Shown here: in pieces, positions 61,437-64,000 of the stretch
Position numbering within the stretch: the first letter of the stretch is position 1
Layout: each line of letters begins with the position of its first letter
Made by a program: the position numbers and the translations under genes
The notes under the pieces: model-generated
Databases searched by the model: none
What the model was told of the DNA's origin: nothing
Seen by the model: only the letters and a program-made list of their open reading frames with translations
Source of the DNA: Heteronotia binoei
Lineage: Eukaryota
Direction: 5' to 3'
DNA: 64,000 nt
Assembly: GCF_032191835.1 (NCBI RefSeq)
Contig: NC_083230.1
Location: 73,532,001 to 73,596,000, forward strand

Positions 61437-62800
61437 CTGCGAGGGGCCCCCCAGACCTGCAGGGGCCCCCGAGACCCGGGGCGGCCCGCCCTCCCCGCCC
61501 CCCCTCTTTACGCCACTGAACTCCTGCAATAGCTATGGCTAACCCAAGGCCACTCCAGCAGCTGTAAGTGAAGGAGTGGGGAATCAAACTCAGTTCTCCC
61601 AGATAAGTGTCCGCACACTTAACCACTACACCAAACTGGCTGAAGAAAGAGCAGCAGATAAAGGTAAATTGGCTGTTGGGTGGGAAGGAGATAGTATTGC
61701 CAACATCAGGTTTGGAAAGTCCTAAAGATTTGTAGGTATCTTGCTCGTTCACAGTTCCAGTTTTGGGCAAGATGGGGTTTGAGGAGGGGAGCTGCCTCGA
61801 ATGGGTAAAAAGCCATGGACTCCACCCTCCAAAGCAGTCACTTCCTCCATGAAATCTAGCACTGTCAATCTCTTGGTGATGGCTGGAGATCAGTCAGAAT
61901 TGCAACAGATGAAAGAGATCAGTTCCACTGGAGAAAAATGGCTGCTTTGGTGGGTGGACTCTATGGCATTATACCCTGCTGAGATTACTTCCTTCCCCAA
62001 ACCTCACCCTTCCAAGGCTGTCCCCAAATCTCCACAAATTTCCCAGTCTGGAGCTGGTAACCCTAAGGGGAAATGATCTCTGTAGGTAGAAGATCCATTG
62101 TGATTCCTGGAGAGCCCCACCACTGCTGTAGGGAAGGAGAGGAATCAGGTGGGTGACTGGGAGCACTACTGCCACTTTTGATGCTGTAGGTGAGAAGCAG
62201 GTAGGAGGCCAGGAGAGTGATGCTTGGGAGGAGAGAGGGTAGGGAGGCAGAAAGAGAGACAAAGTGGCAAGCATGAAGGAGAGAAAGAAGCATGGCAGGA
62301 GGGAGAAAGTGTGAGAAATTGAGAGAATTAGGGGAAGAACGTGGAAAGCAAAGAGGGGGAATGGAATAACTACTCCAGCAAGTTTCCTGTGGGTTGTATA
62401 TGTATTTTTTGTTTGGGTGTTGTAGAATTCATCATTAAAGGCAAAAAAATATTTACTTCAAAGCATAGATTAAGGGCTATACAAACTTCCAAGATCCATT
62501 TATTTTATCCATGACACAATGCAGAGAAACAAAACCATTTCAAACAATCAGTTCCCACTGTTCATTCCCTGCCAATGACTGAATCAGCTCTAACCTGGTT
62601 TTGAGAGTGGTAACTGCATTTCACCAAGCAGAATTAACACAGACATGGCTGAAAAGTACCTGGGTAAATGCAGTGGTCTTCACAATTTTAAATAGCACTA
62701 CAAGAAAAAGTTAGGTAGTTTCCAGATGGAAATATGCTATAGATATTTACCAAGATCTGAGGTTTTTCTCTTGAAACTTAGTGTCCAGGAGTGTCTAGAC

Positions 62801-63352
62801 CAGGGGTGTCAAACATGCGGTCCAAGGGCCGGATAAGACCCTTGGAGGGGTCCTATCAGGCTCATAAGCAACTGGCTGTCATCTGCTTTCTTCTCCCTCT
62901 CTCTTGTTTCCTTCTGCATCACAGCTTGCTTTGCCAGGCTTGCTCAATCACACAGGAGCTATGGAGCAAAGCCTCTATTTTCTCCATTGGCTGAGGCTCC
63001 CTCTTGGGGAGGAAGAGAGAGAGAAAGCTTGCTTTGCCAGGCTCTGTCAATTGCACAGCAGAGCTACTGAACCAAGCCTCTCTTCCTTCTATTGGCTGAG
63101 ACTTCTCAGAGCAAGAGTTGTCAGTTATCAAAAACTGTTAAATAAACATAACGGTGCAAGCGTGCTAATGTTTCAAGCATGTTTTATTTTAATTTTTTTT
63201 AAAAAAATTTTTTAATTGTGTTTATCTGTCTCCTTTACAAAGTTTATATCTCCATTACCAGACATTACATTTTATAACACACATGGCCTGGCCCCACAAA
63301 GTCCCATTTATGTCAGATCCAGCCCTTGTAACAAATGAGTTCAACACCCCTG
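62801..63352. mobile_element. hAT-Charlie MITE with perfect TSD
   Basis: TIR CAGGGGTGTCAAAC / GAGTTCAACACCCCTG. TSD GTCTAGAC at 62793-62800 and 63353-63360, which is the Charlie-type NTCTAGAN target. Confidence 0.92.
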
Positions 63353-63406
63353 GTCTAGACCTATAAAAGACTGCCCCTAGAAAGCACTATGAAACATTCT
63401 TTAAGT

Positions 63407-63645
63407 CAGGGGTGTCAAACTCATTTGTTATGAGTGCTGGATCTGACATAAATAAGACCTTGTTGGGCCAGGTCATGTGTGTCATAAAATGTGATGCCAG
63501 CTGGTGAATAGGTAAACTTTATAAAGGACACAGTCAAACACAATTAAAGATTTATTTTTTTAAAAAAAATCTTAAAACATACTTAAAGATTAGCAGTCTT
63601 GCAATATTTTGTTTATTTATAACAGTTTTTGTTTATTTATAACAG
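63407..63645. mobile_element. Charlie-type MITE left part, interrupted by an RTE LINE
   Basis: caggggtgtcaaactcatttgttatgag... is the reverse complement of the right end of 62801-63352. Confidence 0.75.
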
Positions 63646-64000
63646 AATATCGACATAGCAGCTCTCAGTGAGGTCCATTTCCCTGAGGAAGGTAGTCTTC
63701 AAGAACACGGTGCTGGCTATACCCTCTACTGGTCGGGTAAGTCAAAGGCTGAGAGCCGCCTTTCTGGCGTTGGCTTCATGGTCAGGAACTCCATTGCCTC
63801 CAAACTCGAAAACCTTCCAACAGGTCACTCAGATCGCATCATGTCCATGCGCCTCCCACTTCAAAACAAGCAGCATGCAACACTCTTCAGTGTGTATGCC
63901 CCAACCCTTCAAGCAGATCCTGTAGAAAAGAACAAGTTCTATGCTGATCTACGCAACCTCGTACAGAAGACCCCTACAGAGGACAAGGTGATCATCCTTG
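63646..64000 (+). mobile_element. RTE-clade LINE, endonuclease region, open to the window edge
   Basis: Stop-free frame NIDIAALSEVHFPEEGSLQEHGAGYTLYWSG...GVGF...SDRIMSMRLPL...SVYAPT...FYADL...KVIILG matches RTE APE motifs and begins mid-domain. Confidence 0.88.

Larger units (their letters stand above)
58502..61518. mobile_element. Non-autonomous hAT-type element carrying host-gene cargo (Pack-hAT/Pack-TIR), 3,017 bp
   Basis: Termini CAGGGGCGTA / CAGTGGCGTA (13/17 match over the first 17 nt). Perfect 8-bp TSD AACTCCTG at 58494-58501 and 61519-61526. Inserted into a SINE; no transposase inside. Confidence 0.9.
58347..61641 (-). mobile_element. Squam3-like SINE split by the hAT element (parts 58347-58501 and 61519-61641)
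   Basis: Removing 58502-61518 and one TSD restores ccctttcaaggacaactcctg|caatagctatggctaacccaagg, collinear with intact copies at 18160 and 51706. Confidence 0.92.

Noticed and set aside
60577-61770. Long ORFs of 321, 315 and 366 aa as a novel gene or an intact NOTUM gene
   Set aside because: They arise from stop-poor GC-rich duplicated sequence, and the 366-aa frame starts in MITE/SINE sequence. Only the last about 45 codons are NOTUM-frame, neither NOTUM ATG is in that frame, and the homology ends without a splice donor.

Overview
This is AT-rich vertebrate genomic DNA. The repeat content (Squam3-like CORE-SINEs, 5S/Sauria SINE, L2, CR1, RTE/RTEX, Penelope, many hAT MITEs) points to a squamate, probably a gecko; that is an inference. 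I can identify no intact host gene, and there is one assembly gap (53778-53915). Two structures stand out. (1) A 3,017-bp non-autonomous hAT-type element (58502-61518) has CAG(G/T)GGCGTA termini and a perfect 8-bp target-site duplication, and it splits a SINE in two. It carries a captured, truncated, frameshifted and partly tandem-duplicated 5' fragment of the Wnt deacylase gene NOTUM, so it is a vertebrate Pack-TIR/Pack-hAT candidate. (2) A near-complete 6.8-kb Ngaro-type tyrosine-recombinase retrotransposon (39360-46188) has split direct repeats A1-B1-A2-(spacer)-B2 and gag, RT/RNaseH, YR and SGNH-hydrolase ORFs. Its hydrolase looks expressible only through splicing, possibly as a Gag-SGNH fusion. 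Also present are a nested TE stack around a full-length L2 (6100-11146), several hairpin/inverted-repeat elements, local duplications, and a low-confidence phase-consistent chain of unidentified plus-strand exon candidates. All calls were made by eye; no database search was run.
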